DNA of 64,000 nucleotides from Dicyema japonicum. Lineage: Eukaryota; Animalia; Dicyemida. How positions within the stretch are numbered: the first letter of the stretch is position 1; each line of letters begins with the position of its first letter. The stretch lies in NCBI GenBank assembly GCA_011109175.1, contig RDEW01000003.1, forward strand, positions 124,001 to 188,000. Direction: 5' to 3'. A program made the position numbers and the translations under genes. Below are positions 1 through 12,270 of this stretch, one piece after another. The notes under the pieces are model-generated. The model did no database searches, was not told the DNA's origin, and worked only from the letters and a program-made list of their open reading frames with translations.

Positions 1-429
1 GGGTATAAGAATACGCCGATTTTAATTAAACCTTTGATAACTATGTCTTTAAGATGCCTTAGAACAGAAAATTGGTTACAAAAGCTCTTTATCTGAGTTA
101 CAATATTTTCTATTCGGTTAAGCAATTATGCAAACAAGTTTTTTAAATACAAGACGCTAATCAGATCCCACGTGTTTTAAGTAGCTTTCCAGAGTTCTTA
201 AACCATGTCTAACAATTTGTTGGCAACTCTGGTTTTGGGACTAAGCCGCATGTTCTCTATTATGTGGAGGTCCAGCAACTGAGTGAATATTGTGGCAGCA
301 TATTCATTCTATAGTTAAAAATCCTTTCTAGATTGTAGCAACGTGCTCATCTCGCTGGGATACACGGAGTGAAAGCACGTGCTTGGTAAAAACTACTAAA
401 CAGAAATTCTAAATCGATTTAACGGAAAA

Positions 430-650
430 CATAGATAATTGGCGGGAAGGTTGAGGTGGTGAAGTACCTTTATTGCACGAAATGTTTACTTAGCTTCATG
501 ATGGAAGAAAGTCCATGCCTTCCTTTTTCTCGTGACCACGAACGAGGTGATGGATTCAGAGGATATTAGAAACCTTAAGTTCTGAACAAAGGAAGTGCCG
601 GATGCAAGTATGACTGAGGTTCGAATTTCGTCCATCCAAATTGTAAGACG
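430..650 (-). repeat. Dispersed repeat family D (probable LINE C-terminal/3' fragment); related copies ~9880-10070(+), 27710-27900(-), 35115-35330(-), 44660-44750(-), 60930-61110(-)
   Basis: Shared blocks such as gaggtga(t/c)gga...gttctgaacaaagga recur at all listed loci; translations resemble each other (xSFVQNLxFLISxESITS). Confidence 0.6.
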
Positions 651-1695
651 ACTGGCAAAATTATCCTAAGTCTTCCACGGAATCGGTCCATCTTCCATAG
701 CTCTGTTCTACGGGGATGCCAACTTCATCCTGTGCCGAATAGTCTCTAGCAAGACTACATTATCTCCAGGCTTACACTCGCATTTCTTGTAGATTCCTCT
801 GCATGAGATCCTGGGAAGTCAGCCCATTCCTGTTATTTTTCTCAGGTGATATCAGTGGTCCAGTCCCCCGGATAATGTAATAATGAGCCACATCACCAGC
901 TCAGCCTTTCCGATCAGTTAAGTGAAGAATGACACTGCTGGAATGCGAACCCGCAGCCTCGATGGGACCCCAACCACTAGCTTTGAAACGACAGAGAACT
1001 GCTCGGTATCATGTAACGAGCACTTTGAATCGTTTAGATGAATTATGGTTCCAGAGTGATTCTTGGAACGTCGTTTTTTCCAGTGATCCACTGTTTCATT
1101 ACTCTGCGCTCTTTTCTAAATAGCTGTTATCTTAGCGGCATTTTTCCACGAGATAGATGGTCCCCACTTAGAGAACACATAAGAAATACACGGTTTGATA
1201 TACAAGTTATTTACCTCCCTAGAATATGGTGGATGCTGATATCTGAGAGGCCTTTCAGTAGATTGATGAAGTTGTATTTGTCAGCACTTTTTCGACGCAC
1301 CACGATGGGTATTGATTCCATGTACAGTTCGTGAGAAAAGTTCCAGATTTTTAAAAAGTCGCAGAAAACAACGACGCTTTCCTCTCTTGAAAGTTGAGGG
1401 AAGAGCTCTCCGAACAAGGTAGCTCGTTTTTAGGGAAAAACGAATTTATTTTCTTATCCTCGCAGAGGAAATGGCAAACCTCCATGCGACGCAGTCGTAT
1501 TCCACCGGAAAGATGATCACACTGATTCAGGTTGCAGTTGAAAAGGGACTCTTCTTTACTACCACCGTCAAGCATTCCACTTTTGAAACCCCGTCTTACT
1601 GGTTTATATACGGTTTTTACAAATTTTCCATTAAATAGTACAAAAAGTGATTCTATCATTACAAAAAAGTAATATCGTTTCTATTTGCATAATAC

Positions 1696-2466
1696 TCACT
1701 GTCTATAAATCCGTCTCCTCCCAAAATTATATCTCCCCCCATAATTACCCACGTTGGGATTTTGGAAGTTTTGAAGTGGTCGATTCTGATATGGTGGATC
1801 ATGGAAATGGCTAATTCGATGTTGAGAAGGGATCAATTCCCGTGGACCATAATACATATTTTCTGCATAGTAACTCCCTGTTTGAGGAATATTTTGGGGA
1901 TTTATTGGCTGTTTTTGAGTTTGTTGAGCTTTGATGTTGATCTTACTTATTTTGGCCCGTTGGTTGTTGAACCACGTATTAACATGCTTCGTAGAAAGAG
2001 AAAGTTTCTCGGCGATTCGTTTCTTTTCGTCGTTTGAAGGATTGGAGTTCTTCTCAAAAGCCTCAATTAATCCCCTTCTTTGATATTCATATTTATTATT
2101 TTTCAGTCTCCTCGTAACATCCCATATTGAGCTGGGGGGAGGATTATTTTTTCGGAGTGATGTTTTATTAGTGACAGATTTTCCCTGAGGAATGTTCGCT
2201 GTATTTTGCTTTGTTCCATCCTCAGAAGTCTCATTTGCTTCGGCTTCTTTGAATATTTGGAACCTTCTTTTTTGGAAATGTACTTTGTGCCAGAGTTCAC
2301 GGAGTTCGAAGTGATATTTCTCTTCAAAGTAATTATTTTGAATATAGTCTAATATTTCATCATATGAGGCCTCAATTTCTCTCTGAGCACATGTTTCAAG
2401 CATTTCCTTGATGATTTCTACGGGGGTTTCTTTCTTCGATTCGGCGTATGAATTGTCGTCGGTCAT
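1696..2466 (-). CDS. Divergent SIX/sine oculis-class homeodomain protein, intronless, 256 aa
   Basis: The C-terminal SIX-domain signature (YFEEKYHFELRELWHKVHF ~ FSPHNHPKLQQLWLKAHY) and the linker NPPPSSIWD (~FPLPRTIWD) precede a homeodomain (..PSNDEKKRIAEKLSLSTKHVNTWFNNQRAK); Q/P/N/G-rich tail. Confidence 0.8.
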   Translation of the reverse strand: MTDDNSYAESKKETPVEIIKEMLETCAQREIEASYDEILDYIQNNYFEEKYHFELRELWHKVHFQKRRFQIFKEAEANETSEDGTKQNTANIPQGKSVTNKTSLRKNNPPPSSIWDVTRRLKNNKYEYQRRGLIEAFEKNSNPSNDEKKRIAEKLSLSTKHVNTWFNNQRAKISKINIKAQQTQKQPINPQNIPQTGSYYAENMYYGPRELIPSQHRISHFHDPPYQNRPLQNFQNPNVGNYGGRYNFGRRRIYRQ

Positions 2467-2904
2467 GTAATAATATTAACGAAAGCGTGATATAAATTTC
2501 CTTGGATTACGCGTCTATGTGAAAAGTTATCAGAAAACAAATCCACTTTGATAAAAATAACGAAGGTCACACTTCATTCGGTAAGCTCATTTATTACACA
2601 GGACGGATTGGGAGTTAATCGCATAGCCAATGTTTAGAGAGAACTATTGTGCCGTTCTGGGTTCATTCCTTTTTGTTCCTGTAACTCGACAGAATGCTTC
2701 GACTAACTCCATAGTGCTGATGCACCCGTTTAGTTGTTAAATATGAGATGTTCTCCCAAATTGTTGATTATTACTTAACAATTTATTTAATCTAAATAAG
2801 TCATTTGGTTTTCCAGAACATTGGGCTCGCAATTATGAGAGGTAACTCCCATTGCGTGCTCAATGCCTGCAGGTCATAATGAAGACCTGTCATAATTTTA
2901 ATTT

Positions 2905-3145
2905 AAATTATTAAAATTATTCCAAAAGACAAAGGGTAACCAAACTAACTAACTCCTGATTAGTTTTAGCGTTCCAGAACTTGTCTCCAGGTAACGACAT
3001 TGTCCCCAAGGAAGAATAGTTGGATCCTCGTGATACCGGCCAGGCATTGGGCGTCTCCTCAGTAATGTGGATCCATTAATGTCATCGGAAAAAAAATAAT
3101 TTAGAACAACTTGCCACATAGCACCGCATGGCGCCACGCGGCCCT
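2905..3145 (-). mobile_element. Short non-autonomous retroposon, family A (5' hairpin head + LINE-like 3' end)
   Basis: Head GCCGCGTGGCGCCATGCGGTGCTATGTGGC; body gaggagacgcccaatgcctggccgg...gaggatccaactatt shared with 8295-8510, 10120-10345, 56776-56990 and 60340-60590. Confidence 0.75.
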
Positions 3146-3440
3146 AAATTAATTTCTAAAGTAAATCATTTTGCACGAATAAATAATTAAAAATTTAAAA
3201 ATTACTAAGTTATCAAGAAAAAATTAATTAAAAAGAGATATTAATTTTTAATTTAAACTTTTGCTCAACCCTTTTCTGTGTGATATTCCTGAGTTGGTTA
3301 TCCAAATGTGTTGATCTTATGTTATGAGGAAAATATAATTGTTGCTGTTAAGGTTTGATTTCCATATATGGCTGCCGTGATGGTCTAGCCATACATTAGC
3401 CGGATTTACGACTGTTTATGCGGCAATGTTGTTAGTATCT

Positions 3441-3571
3441 ACATCCAAATAGTGATAGACTATTCAAGTTCGTCTTTGAAGATAAAGAAAATCAACTCAA
3501 TCCAACGTCTAACATCCAAATAGTGATAGACTATTCAGTTCGTATTTGAAGATAAAGAAAATCAACTCAAT
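3441..3571. repeat. Tandem duplication, ~71-bp period, 2 copies
   Basis: acatccaaatagtgatagactattc...gataaagaaaatcaactcaat occurs at 3441-3501 and 3512-3571. Confidence 0.9.
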
Positions 3572-3599
3572 GGTTATATCAAAGCATGTGCAACACAAG

Positions 3600-4850
3600 G
3601 AACAGTGTTATTAGTTAGCCTCTTCCATTCTTTACGATTACATGAAATCGATGTCAGCTCGTCTCCCGTCTTTAGGAATTTCCTTACTTTTTGGAGGTCT
3701 TTGTGATAGGGAGTGTTTTCCTTGGTCGGCTACGGAAGCATTTCTCCTCTAACATGAAGTGGTCCCATCACCACATTTGCCGGAGCAGCGAGATCCATAC
3801 GCAGGATGTTTCCAAACAGTCTTCACCGGGCGTCAGTGATGTCCAGGCTTTGGAGGACAACTCATGCATTTTTTATAAATTCCAGCATTCGAGATCGTCA
3901 AGCCAGTGGTGAATGCCAAATAACATTCTAATCTGTCTTCTGTAAATCTCATCGAGTCTCATCGATTCCGCAATTGAACAGGCCCAACATACAAATGCAG
4001 ATTAATATCAAGTCCTTTAGCCATCCCTTTATGAGTTTTTGCATTGCTACTCCTGAAAATGTTTTCCTTTTGATAATGTTTTCTGTCTCTCCCATTAGGG
4101 ATCCAAGCTTATTAACGTTCATCAAGGATGTTGTCCATTCTTTTAATTTCGGTTATTTCAGTATTGTCCCGGTTTACGATTAGGAACCATTCATCCAATT
4201 TGACCGGTGCATTTTTCAGTAGATGTGAAAGAGCTTTGTATCCTCAGATATGAAATCCACATCATCCGAGTACACGACTTTTTCTATTTTTCTTTCGTAA
4301 CACGTTCTTAGATCCCTTAGTGCAGGTTTGAGTTATATCACAAAAAGTAAGAAAGAGAGAATCTCCCCGAGGAGTGCCGATTGTAGTCTTGAAAGGCCTG
4401 AATATAGTTCTTCCAATCCTGAATGACAGTTCAGTATTAGAGAGCAGTAGTCGGATAATCCTATGTAATGATTGGTCCACAAATTGTTGTAGGACATCCA
4501 TTAGCTTGTTCCTGCTAATAGATCTAAAGCTCTACTAGATATATCGATCCCCGGGATGGTCGTAGTATTTTTATATCTTTGAGCTGTTGCACACCGCCAC
4601 CTAATGCTCCACAGAATGTACGATGTCGGTTACAATTTCGACTGCACTCGAAAGCATAGGAAATCTTAAAAGTTATTTTGAAAATAGAGGGTGTCCTCAT
4701 GAAAATGCAAAAAGAGCCATATTTCTTATAGCTTTGCCAGGCGGACACACTTATGATCAAGGAATGCTATTCACTTCTTTTTTATGTTGTGTCTGAGTCC
4801 TTTATCTACGATCTGGTCAAGCTAAAGCACCGTAGATGAGTGGAACCTTC
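3600..4850 (-). mobile_element. Degenerate RTE-clade non-LTR retrotransposon (RT and C-terminal fragments)
   Basis: RIIRLLLSNTELSFRIG..FKTTIGTPRGDSL is homologous to the RT at 39558-39899; RPRKTLP C-terminal motif; stops and frameshifts. Confidence 0.7.
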
Positions 4851-5169
4851 AGTCTTGATGTACAGCAGCGAGATTCGAACCAAAGGCCATTAGGCTTTTA
4901 CCACCAGAAACTTAATATGTCGCGAGCCGAAGGTGAAATCGAGCCGCATACGATATTTGACATCTGTCTTTTTTTTCTTTTTGAAATTTGGGCATTTTTA
5001 CCTGAAAATAATTTTTATTTAAAAGAAATTTTCTATATTTTTTGGCGTATTATTTTTTTTTGCAAATAAAATTAAAAGGCTGACAATCTATCATATTTTC
5101 ACGTTGATCTAATGCCGTCTACAACAATGTCTTCAAAATAAGCTATTACGAGGAATCTGCAAAATAAAA

Positions 5170-5460
5170 GTGGGATTAAAGTCGCTGAAAATCTGTGATG
5201 TTTTTAAGGTGTCTTAGCCATGAAAATTTTTGCAATCAGATAATGGAACCCAATTCAAGAACTTGCATATTACCAAACTATGTCAAGGATGCAAAATTAA
5301 TCATCCATGGAAGACCGAACAATCCGCGAAGGTACGGGATAATTGAACGCTTCAACCAGACCATTACAGGGAGTTTATCGAAAATGTTGAACTATGATGA
5401 CCAGAAACGGTGGATAACTTAAAAAATTCATATACAAAAAAATCATGGAACGAATCCTTC
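5170..5460 (+). mobile_element. Degenerate rve integrase fragment (Gypsy/Ginger-like)
   Basis: IIHGRPNNPRRYGIIERFNQTI resembles the integrase core HGRPxHPQSQGxxERxNxT, including the catalytic E. Confidence 0.6.
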
Positions 5461-5981
5461 TTTTAGGTTGATGAAATTCGAGCATGATCAGTTACCATTG
5501 TTGCAAATTTGTCCAACAATTATGTTAACGCTAAGATGGCGGTATGACAGTGACGTATATCGTCGGTGATGTCATTCTCTGCTCGCGACATAATATAAAA
5601 AAGAGTGGCAAAAAATCAAAATATATAAATTAGTCTTTTAAAATATTTGTTTTGTCCAAAATGGTATTGAATCTAACGCCAATAGGATAAAGAACTCTAT
5701 TAATGAAATATCTTTCCCCAATATTCATTGGATGTTGCTTTGTTTCCAACAAAACGACGTCCCCAATTTTGCAGTCTGTTGAGGTTTTGTTTAGAGCTTT
5801 TACTACATAGGACTTATTAAAATGCTAAAAATTATAATTCATCAAACCGTCATTAAATTCTCATCTAAAATCGCCCTATAATATCCGACATCGACCAACT
5901 TTTTGCTGTAACATTGAAGCACACGTCCAACAATCATGATAGATTTAAAAAAATTAATTATTAGTTTCAAATTATTAAAAT

Positions 5982-7293
5982 TTAAAAATTAGTAAGACAA
6001 ATATTTTTTCTCGCAATATTAACAGCCTCTCTAATTTGTCGGATATATGACAATTTTTTGTAAGTGACGACGAGTTTGTGATAGTTCTGTGCATCCAAGT
6101 TAGTATTCTTCATGCTGGAGAAAAGTTTATTCGGGCTGATTTTTGTCTCTTCTATACAAATCCGTTGGACTTTGTTTTGATTGCAGGTGGGAAAGTTTAA
6201 CCCATCGATTAAGAGTTCTTTTCGAAGATTCACGATTGATCCGTCGTTTTCGCATGAGATGAGTCGATTGACTCCATATTTCCGAGAAAGTCCCACTTTT
6301 GCCCTGCAATACCACTTCAGTATTTTTCTAACCGTGTTCCATCTTAGAGCACCTGTGCTGCTTATTGGTATGCGTTTTGTTATCTTGTGGAGAATAAAAT
6401 TGCAGCATTCGTGCTGTTTGGCGAGACAGGCTTCTGAGTAAAGACTCCTCCCCATTTTATTTTTCGCTAGCAGACATGAGACGTTATTTCGAATGAACAA
6501 TTTAAATATTTGAAGATTTCCCAATTTCACTGAAAGATGGGCAGGTGTCGTCCACGTGTCCACCAAGCTTTCATTCATACACCATTCTCGCTCAGGAATA
6601 TTCCCAATGGACTCGCTCGGCATTGCCTTTTTCTCCAAACAAAATATTATGAGGTCCAACATGTTATACCAGGTCCCGATGTAAAGAGCCACCTAATATG
6701 GTTAATTTAACTCCCACTTTAAGCTGGAAGTTGTAGACGGTGGGATTAGTCGAAAGATTCTTTTCAAGCCATGAGCTGGATTTCAGAATAACCATGCGGA
6801 CGAAATTTTCCCATTCTACAATAATTTGCATGGAAAGATTGGACATGTGAGTGACTCCATAATCCACGAGGTTATAGTTATCGAAGAGAACTGTTTCTTT
6901 GTCCTTCAGAATGTATATCAGGCATATTGGAATCCCCGTTCTGTCGCTCATTATTTGTCTTAACTGAGCGACATTCAAATTTCTAATTTTTTCTTGAATT
7001 TCGATGACTTTATTTACAGGAACGTCACATGTCACCAAAATAGATGACTTTGATTTGTTTCGCTCTTTAATAATAAGCTTGCTGTAGTTTTCTGTCACAA
7101 TATCCCCAACGAGCCAATCATTTTGGAGACTCCCGCCATTATATTGAAAATAATAGTAATCCAGATTATTTCTATTCATTTCTAGTATTTTCATATTTTC
7201 CTTTAAGAACTCGTCAATAATTTCCCCAAATGTGTTTATTCCTTTGACGGATTTGTTGTAGAGCTTTCGCTTAAATAAAATCGTTACTATCAT
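5982..7293 (-). CDS. ANKUB1: Ankyrin repeat and ubiquitin domain-containing protein 1; 2 exons, 25-nt intron 6693-6717
   Basis: Two ubiquitin-like domains (YNGGSLQNDW, LRQIMSDRTGIP, LFDNYNLVDYG), then FQLK|VALYIG, PEREWC and TPAHLS ankyrin repeats, collinear with ANKUB1 as recalled. Confidence 0.85.
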
Positions 7294-8034
7294 TCTAAAG
7301 TCGAGCGGGAATTTTAGTTATTAAAGGAATGCTTACGTAGTGAGCAATTAACCGTGGTGTCAACCGTAATTGAGTAAAGAGACATAAATTCACAATAAAC
7401 GCTATTTTTTAAATTTCCTAGGAGTCATCCATAATTGATTTATTTATGAATGCACTATTTATGGTTTTTTTTTCCGGTTGAATTAATTAGCAAATATTTT
7501 AAGGTCAGTTTTTTTTTAATTTCATAGCTTTTAAATATTCAACTTTTGGTTGAGTTAGTGACGTGACTCAATTGCGCGAAATCTTAATCACATATAAGGA
7601 TATCAGAGAATTTTACCGTTCTATCATTCAATTTTATAGGTTTGAACGATATTTCCAAACGATTGACGTGATTATTTACAGTGCCACTATTGGATTCTTT
7701 TGGTTTTACTGAGATCGCGGACCAGTTATATTGGTTTTACTGCGTTCCCTGAAGATATCATTCAAATGGTGAAGACACGACTTTCAAAAATAGATTGACC
7801 TCATTCTATTAATTTAATGTCACTAAACTTGAATTTTTACGTTAGAAATGACGTTAAAATAAAATTCCAAATTTTTTAAAAATTTTAATTTTTTCAAAAT
7901 TTGTTTATTTATTAAAATTTAAATTTCAAAAATTCATTAAGTTTTGTTAATCTACGCCGACTTTATCAACGCTGCGTTTGTTTTTACGATAGTTATCTAA
8001 ATCAACTGGAGGAACCACTGGGTTTGCGAACGTT

Positions 8035-8280
8035 TTTATTATTATTTATTTATTACTACCCCCAGGCTTGCAAACTTTAATAAGCCAAACACAAAGTGAC
8101 AACTAATTAATTCAAAGGAGAACATCTGCTTGTGTCGATCAAGTCCATACACCAATAGTACATAACAGACTTCTGTTTCCGAAGATAGGTAGTGAAGTAG
8201 GTTCGTTCTCTTCCATTTTCGTCCACGTCCTACCGTGCGGTCATCACATCATTCTTCAGGGGAAGAGTTTTGATTAAGTA
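8035..8280 (-). mobile_element. Short LINE-3'-end retroposon, family C; related copies 35758-36040(-) and 49440-49630(+)
   Basis: Shared acagacttc..gaag..aggt..gaagtaggt block, ttaattagt motif and (TAAA)n-like tail. Confidence 0.65.
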
Positions 8281-8294
8281 CATCATTCTTCAAG

Positions 8295-8510
8295 GGCGCC
8301 ATGTGGTGCTAGTGGTTAGTTGGACAAAAATTATTAAATTCATCTTACTGAGGAGACGCCCAATGCCTGGACGGCATTAAGAGGATCCAACTATTTTTTC
8401 CTCGGGTGACAATGTCGTTACCTGGATTCAAGTTCTTGAACGCTGGAACGAGTCAGGATCAAGGAGTTAGTTAGTTTAGTTACCCTTGGTCTAGGAATAA
8501 ATTTAATTTA
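8295..8510 (+). mobile_element. Family A short retroposon
   Basis: ggcgccatgtggtgctagtggt head; gaggagacgcccaatgcctgg body; ggagttagttagtttagttaccc end. Confidence 0.75.
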
Positions 8511-10119
8511 ATAACGGATAAACTTCACCTGTGGATTAAAAATGTAGAATACTAAAATATAAAAATTGTCTAAATTTTAATGAAAATTAAAAGTTTTTGA
8601 ATTAATACAGAAAATTGAATTAAAATATTAAAAAAGTGAAAATTTAACATTTAATGAATTTAAATCGATTTTACTTACAGTTGGCTTCGGTTTGGGGCCT
8701 TACTTTCTGAGGAAACCGTTTAATTTACTAACCCTGGATAAGCTGATTTTGGTTTCTAGATAAAAATCTGCGGATTTGAGAATTTTTTCATACTCCATAT
8801 TTCCAATCTTCATTCCACTCTTACACCCCACGCTATATCCCAATGTCCTCTTATTATGTCAATTTTGTGTCTTACCTCAAAAGGGTGTTTTGTTCCACCA
8901 CAGATTCTCACGCGGAATTTAACTCGGCTGTGGTTTCGCTAGGATGGTTATAGGACAGTGGAACTCAACACATTATGGGAAAATGTTGGAAGTTCAATTG
9001 GTCTCTCTCAAGTGCAAGGAGACCTAGATTTCCCTACAAGATATTGGAAGCTGTCATATTCCACGATTGCTGACAGTCAATCTCGGAGCGAAAAGCACCG
9101 TTAGAGTGTTTGTTGACCATGACACTGAAGGTGTCGACTGGGCCCATTATAGAACGTGCAAAACTAAAAAGATGTGTAGATCATCTAAACCTCAAATCTG
9201 GACGGGACTCAAACCCTCATCATACAGTCTTTTTATCCAGAATGTAGGCTTCAGATATCTCCCGAGTCTTAACGTCGACTATGCTTACGAGAGAAATGAA
9301 GACAAGAGTTTTTATTCATTATGAAGCTACGTGCAAAATAAATGCGTTACCACCCCAACCTTCCTATCAATTAATTACATGGTTAACTGATCAGCTCATG
9401 TAATCAAATGATATAAAATTTTAAATTATTTTAATCTAATTAAGGGTTTTCTTTAAATTTAAAGTTTTACACTCAGAACTTCAAGCATAATTTTCACGGA
9501 GGTTACAATGTCTAATAATCACTTGACCCTATAATTCCTAGAATACCCTGGCGTGCTTCAGACTGGTCCCCAGTTTCCTAAATGTTAGCGAAGCTGGGGC
9601 TAACAGTCCAATTTAAATAGTCTTCAGATCAAGTTCTACATGTGTACCCCTTAACCTAATTTTATTAACCCCAAATATGCCGAGAAGTTTTAATAGAAAC
9701 AGTCAATTCAGTGCATCTATCGAACCAATGTAAACACTGTTAGTGCATGGCCTACTAACCAATAAGGTACACTATCCACTAAGCTGTCTTATTTGAGTAT
9801 TCGATCAGCGTTTCCATCAATCATCATGGTTAACATAGAACCATATTAACTGGCATCTTATATGTGCAGCTTGACAGATGGTCCTACGAGTCTTTCAATT
9901 TCGGGAAGACGGGATTTGAATCCGGCTCTTCCTTTGTTCAAAACTTCGGGTTTCTGATATCTCCCGAGTCCATCACCTCGTCCATGGTCGCGAGAAGAAC
10001 AAGGGGATTGACTCACATTCATCATTCATCCAGCAAGTTAATGAAATGTCCTTAAATAACTGTGATTTCTGCGGACACACAATATCAGCCATTTTAGCAT
10101 AAAATAATAAATAAAATTA

Positions 10120-10345
10120 TTCCAAAAACCAAGGCTAAAACCGAACTAGCTCCTTGATCCTGACGGGTTCCAGCGATTCCAGAATTTGTCCCCATGTAAC
10201 GAAAATGTCTCCCGGTGGAAAGAATAGTTGGATCCTTTTGCATACCGCCCAGGCATTGGGCGTCTCCTTAATAAGGTAGATCCAATGACGTCATCAAAGA
10301 GAAGGAAACTAAATTTTTAACCAACTAGCCACATAGCACCATGAG
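10120..10345 (-). mobile_element. Family A short retroposon
   Basis: Reverse complement of the family A body (ggagacgcccaatgcctggg...ggatccaactatt). Confidence 0.75.
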
Positions 10346-10359
10346 GTTTCATCAAAACT

Positions 10360-10720
10360 TGTAATGCTTTATGAAATCTCTTTCACTGTAAGATTTGCCA
10401 CCCATGGGGATCATTCGACTGAGTTCATAGCCTGCAGTAACAGAAGCGACATTGGCTTGATCTATTTTTGTAAAACATGGTTGTTGCTGTGTCATCTTAG
10501 CCTTCAATTCTTTTAGTGTCTAACACACATTAGACCCTCGTATTTGACACATGTTACGTGCATTTATGGACTTAAGTAAATAAGTGCTCAGCCAAACACG
10601 TGGAAGTACGCACCTTGTAGGAAAGTATCGTTGTTCTGGGAACGTTCGTATATAAGAGTGAACGTAAAGTTTAAGTGTACAAACGTCTTCTGACCATGTA
10701 AAACGCTCATAACCGTGGCC
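10360..10720 (-). mobile_element. Degenerate hAT (GTF2IRD2/SPIN-type) transposase N-terminal remnant
   Basis: ASVTAGYELSRMIPMGGKSYSE resembles the ASYxVxxLIAKxGKPFxEGE motif. Confidence 0.45.
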
Positions 10721-10829
10721 TGTCAATTTGACGTTATTGACAGAAATCCACTGCTTTTCTCTGGTGGTCTCGTTTTAATGACCGGGTTCGCCCCAATATC
10801 GTCGACTGTATAACGATCCTTTGTGCGCC

Positions 10830-12270
10830 CGCGGTTGCTGCCAATTAACTATTCGGAGAAACTAAATTACAGGGTAACACGCCTGGTCCTCTTCTTTTTC
10901 ATTCCCCGCTGGATTTATCATATTATGCAAGATGTTTCTACTCCCATCAATTTATGGTACCTCGAAAATTGTATCCTTGGAGGGAGCCTTGAAGACGTCA
11001 TATCGAAAGTAACCTCGATTTCTGAGAATAGGTGCAAGATTGGTCTTGTGGTTAGTTAACATGACGTGAGTGCGGAATCATTTGGCTACTTCAGAAAACG
11101 AATGGAAGATATTGTCCCGAATGTTCGAACTATTCTCTCTTGAATTCCGTGGATGTGGAATAGAGAAAAATTGAATAAGGGAATCTTTAAACGACAAAAA
11201 GACGCTTCTGTGAATGTTCAAGACAGATTGTTCTCTCTAGACAGGCATGTCGGACTTTTTATGCTCAAAAACTGTCTCCTGCTACCAAAATGCTTTTCAA
11301 CTTTCAAAGTTCCCCTTGTTATCATGAAGACAATCTCCTATCTCTCTTTGAGGATTGGGAATTACCGTACCTTCAGATGCTGTATTAAGTGCATCGAAGA
11401 ATCCTCATAGCTCTCGAAGAATTTTATGGATAAGGTCCTCAACTCTTATTCCGGACTGAATGTATCTGACATTATCGGGAAATGAGGACTTGTGAAAGGA
11501 CCTATACTTTAATGTTCCGGTTGGCGGCGCTAATCAGAATGCGTATTCGAGACATGTCTTTAAAAAAGAAGGAGCATATTGAGAGCACCGGGGATGTGAG
11601 AAGACTTGCATTCCTCAAAACTGCTAGCTTCCACTAAACAGGTTCCCCTGAACTCCTATCTTGTGCCGAGATTGCTAACCTTCTGAATAATGAGGTAGCG
11701 CTACGTCTGTCTTAAAGGATGTGCGGAGCGAAAATTTCATTGTAGTCCTTTGATCCATATGGCTACCATCCACTGTTGAGCAGGTTGAGCGCGGGTCGTT
11801 TCCCAAGACATGCCTGTCTCAACGTGATGTTGAAAAACGCAAATTCCTCTGCTGGCCACCACCGCATTTGGAGTCGACTGGTCTAATCCTAGACGATGCC
11901 AAAAGCCTTTACGGGATGACAACATTCCCTTTTGCTAATGGTCGGGTTTGGGACGCTATGTGTGTTGATATGTATACTCTCAGAAAAAATTTGGCAGCTT
12001 CAGTCTCGAACCCATGCCATGCTTCTAAGCAAGACGAGGATCAGATGAGAATAAAGTACCAAAGTATTACTGAGGTTCACTTGTTTTTCCCATTTGCTGT
12101 TGAGACGTCGGAAATCCTTGGGCCAAAGCTGACGATCTAGTCCGTCGGATCGGCTCAATGATCCAAAGGGTCACCAAGGATCCATGTGAGACTAGATAGC
12201 TTCTAAAGCGTATCGTCACAGAAAACAGTGTGCGTATCTCGATAGATAGCTATCGTCACTCACTCTATTA
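10830..12270 (+). mobile_element. Degenerate CRE-clade non-LTR retrotransposon (RT + RLE)
   Basis: NLWYLENCILGG (YLDD-like), LFSLDRHVGLFMLKNCLLLPK thumb and GMTTFPFANGRVWDAMCVD...FPFAVETS RLE; related 3' fragments at ~21650-21790(+) and ~26290-26410(-). Confidence 0.75.

Noticed and set aside
3085-3145. HDV-like ribozyme in the family A head, by analogy to L1Tc Pr77
   Set aside because: A P1-like helix exists, but I could not find the L3 UCC/GG P1.1 pairing, P2 or a catalytic J4/2 strand; only a simple hairpin is supported.
4860-4910. tRNA gene (GGTTCGAATC on the minus strand; similar GGTTCAAATCC near 28063)
   Set aside because: No cloverleaf or properly spaced A-box; the second appears to lie in degenerate LINE endonuclease sequence.
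5511-5938. 400-bp insertion bounded by gtccaacaat(t/c)atg direct repeats
   Set aside because: No TIR, tail, ORF or second copy of the interior was seen; it may be coincidence.
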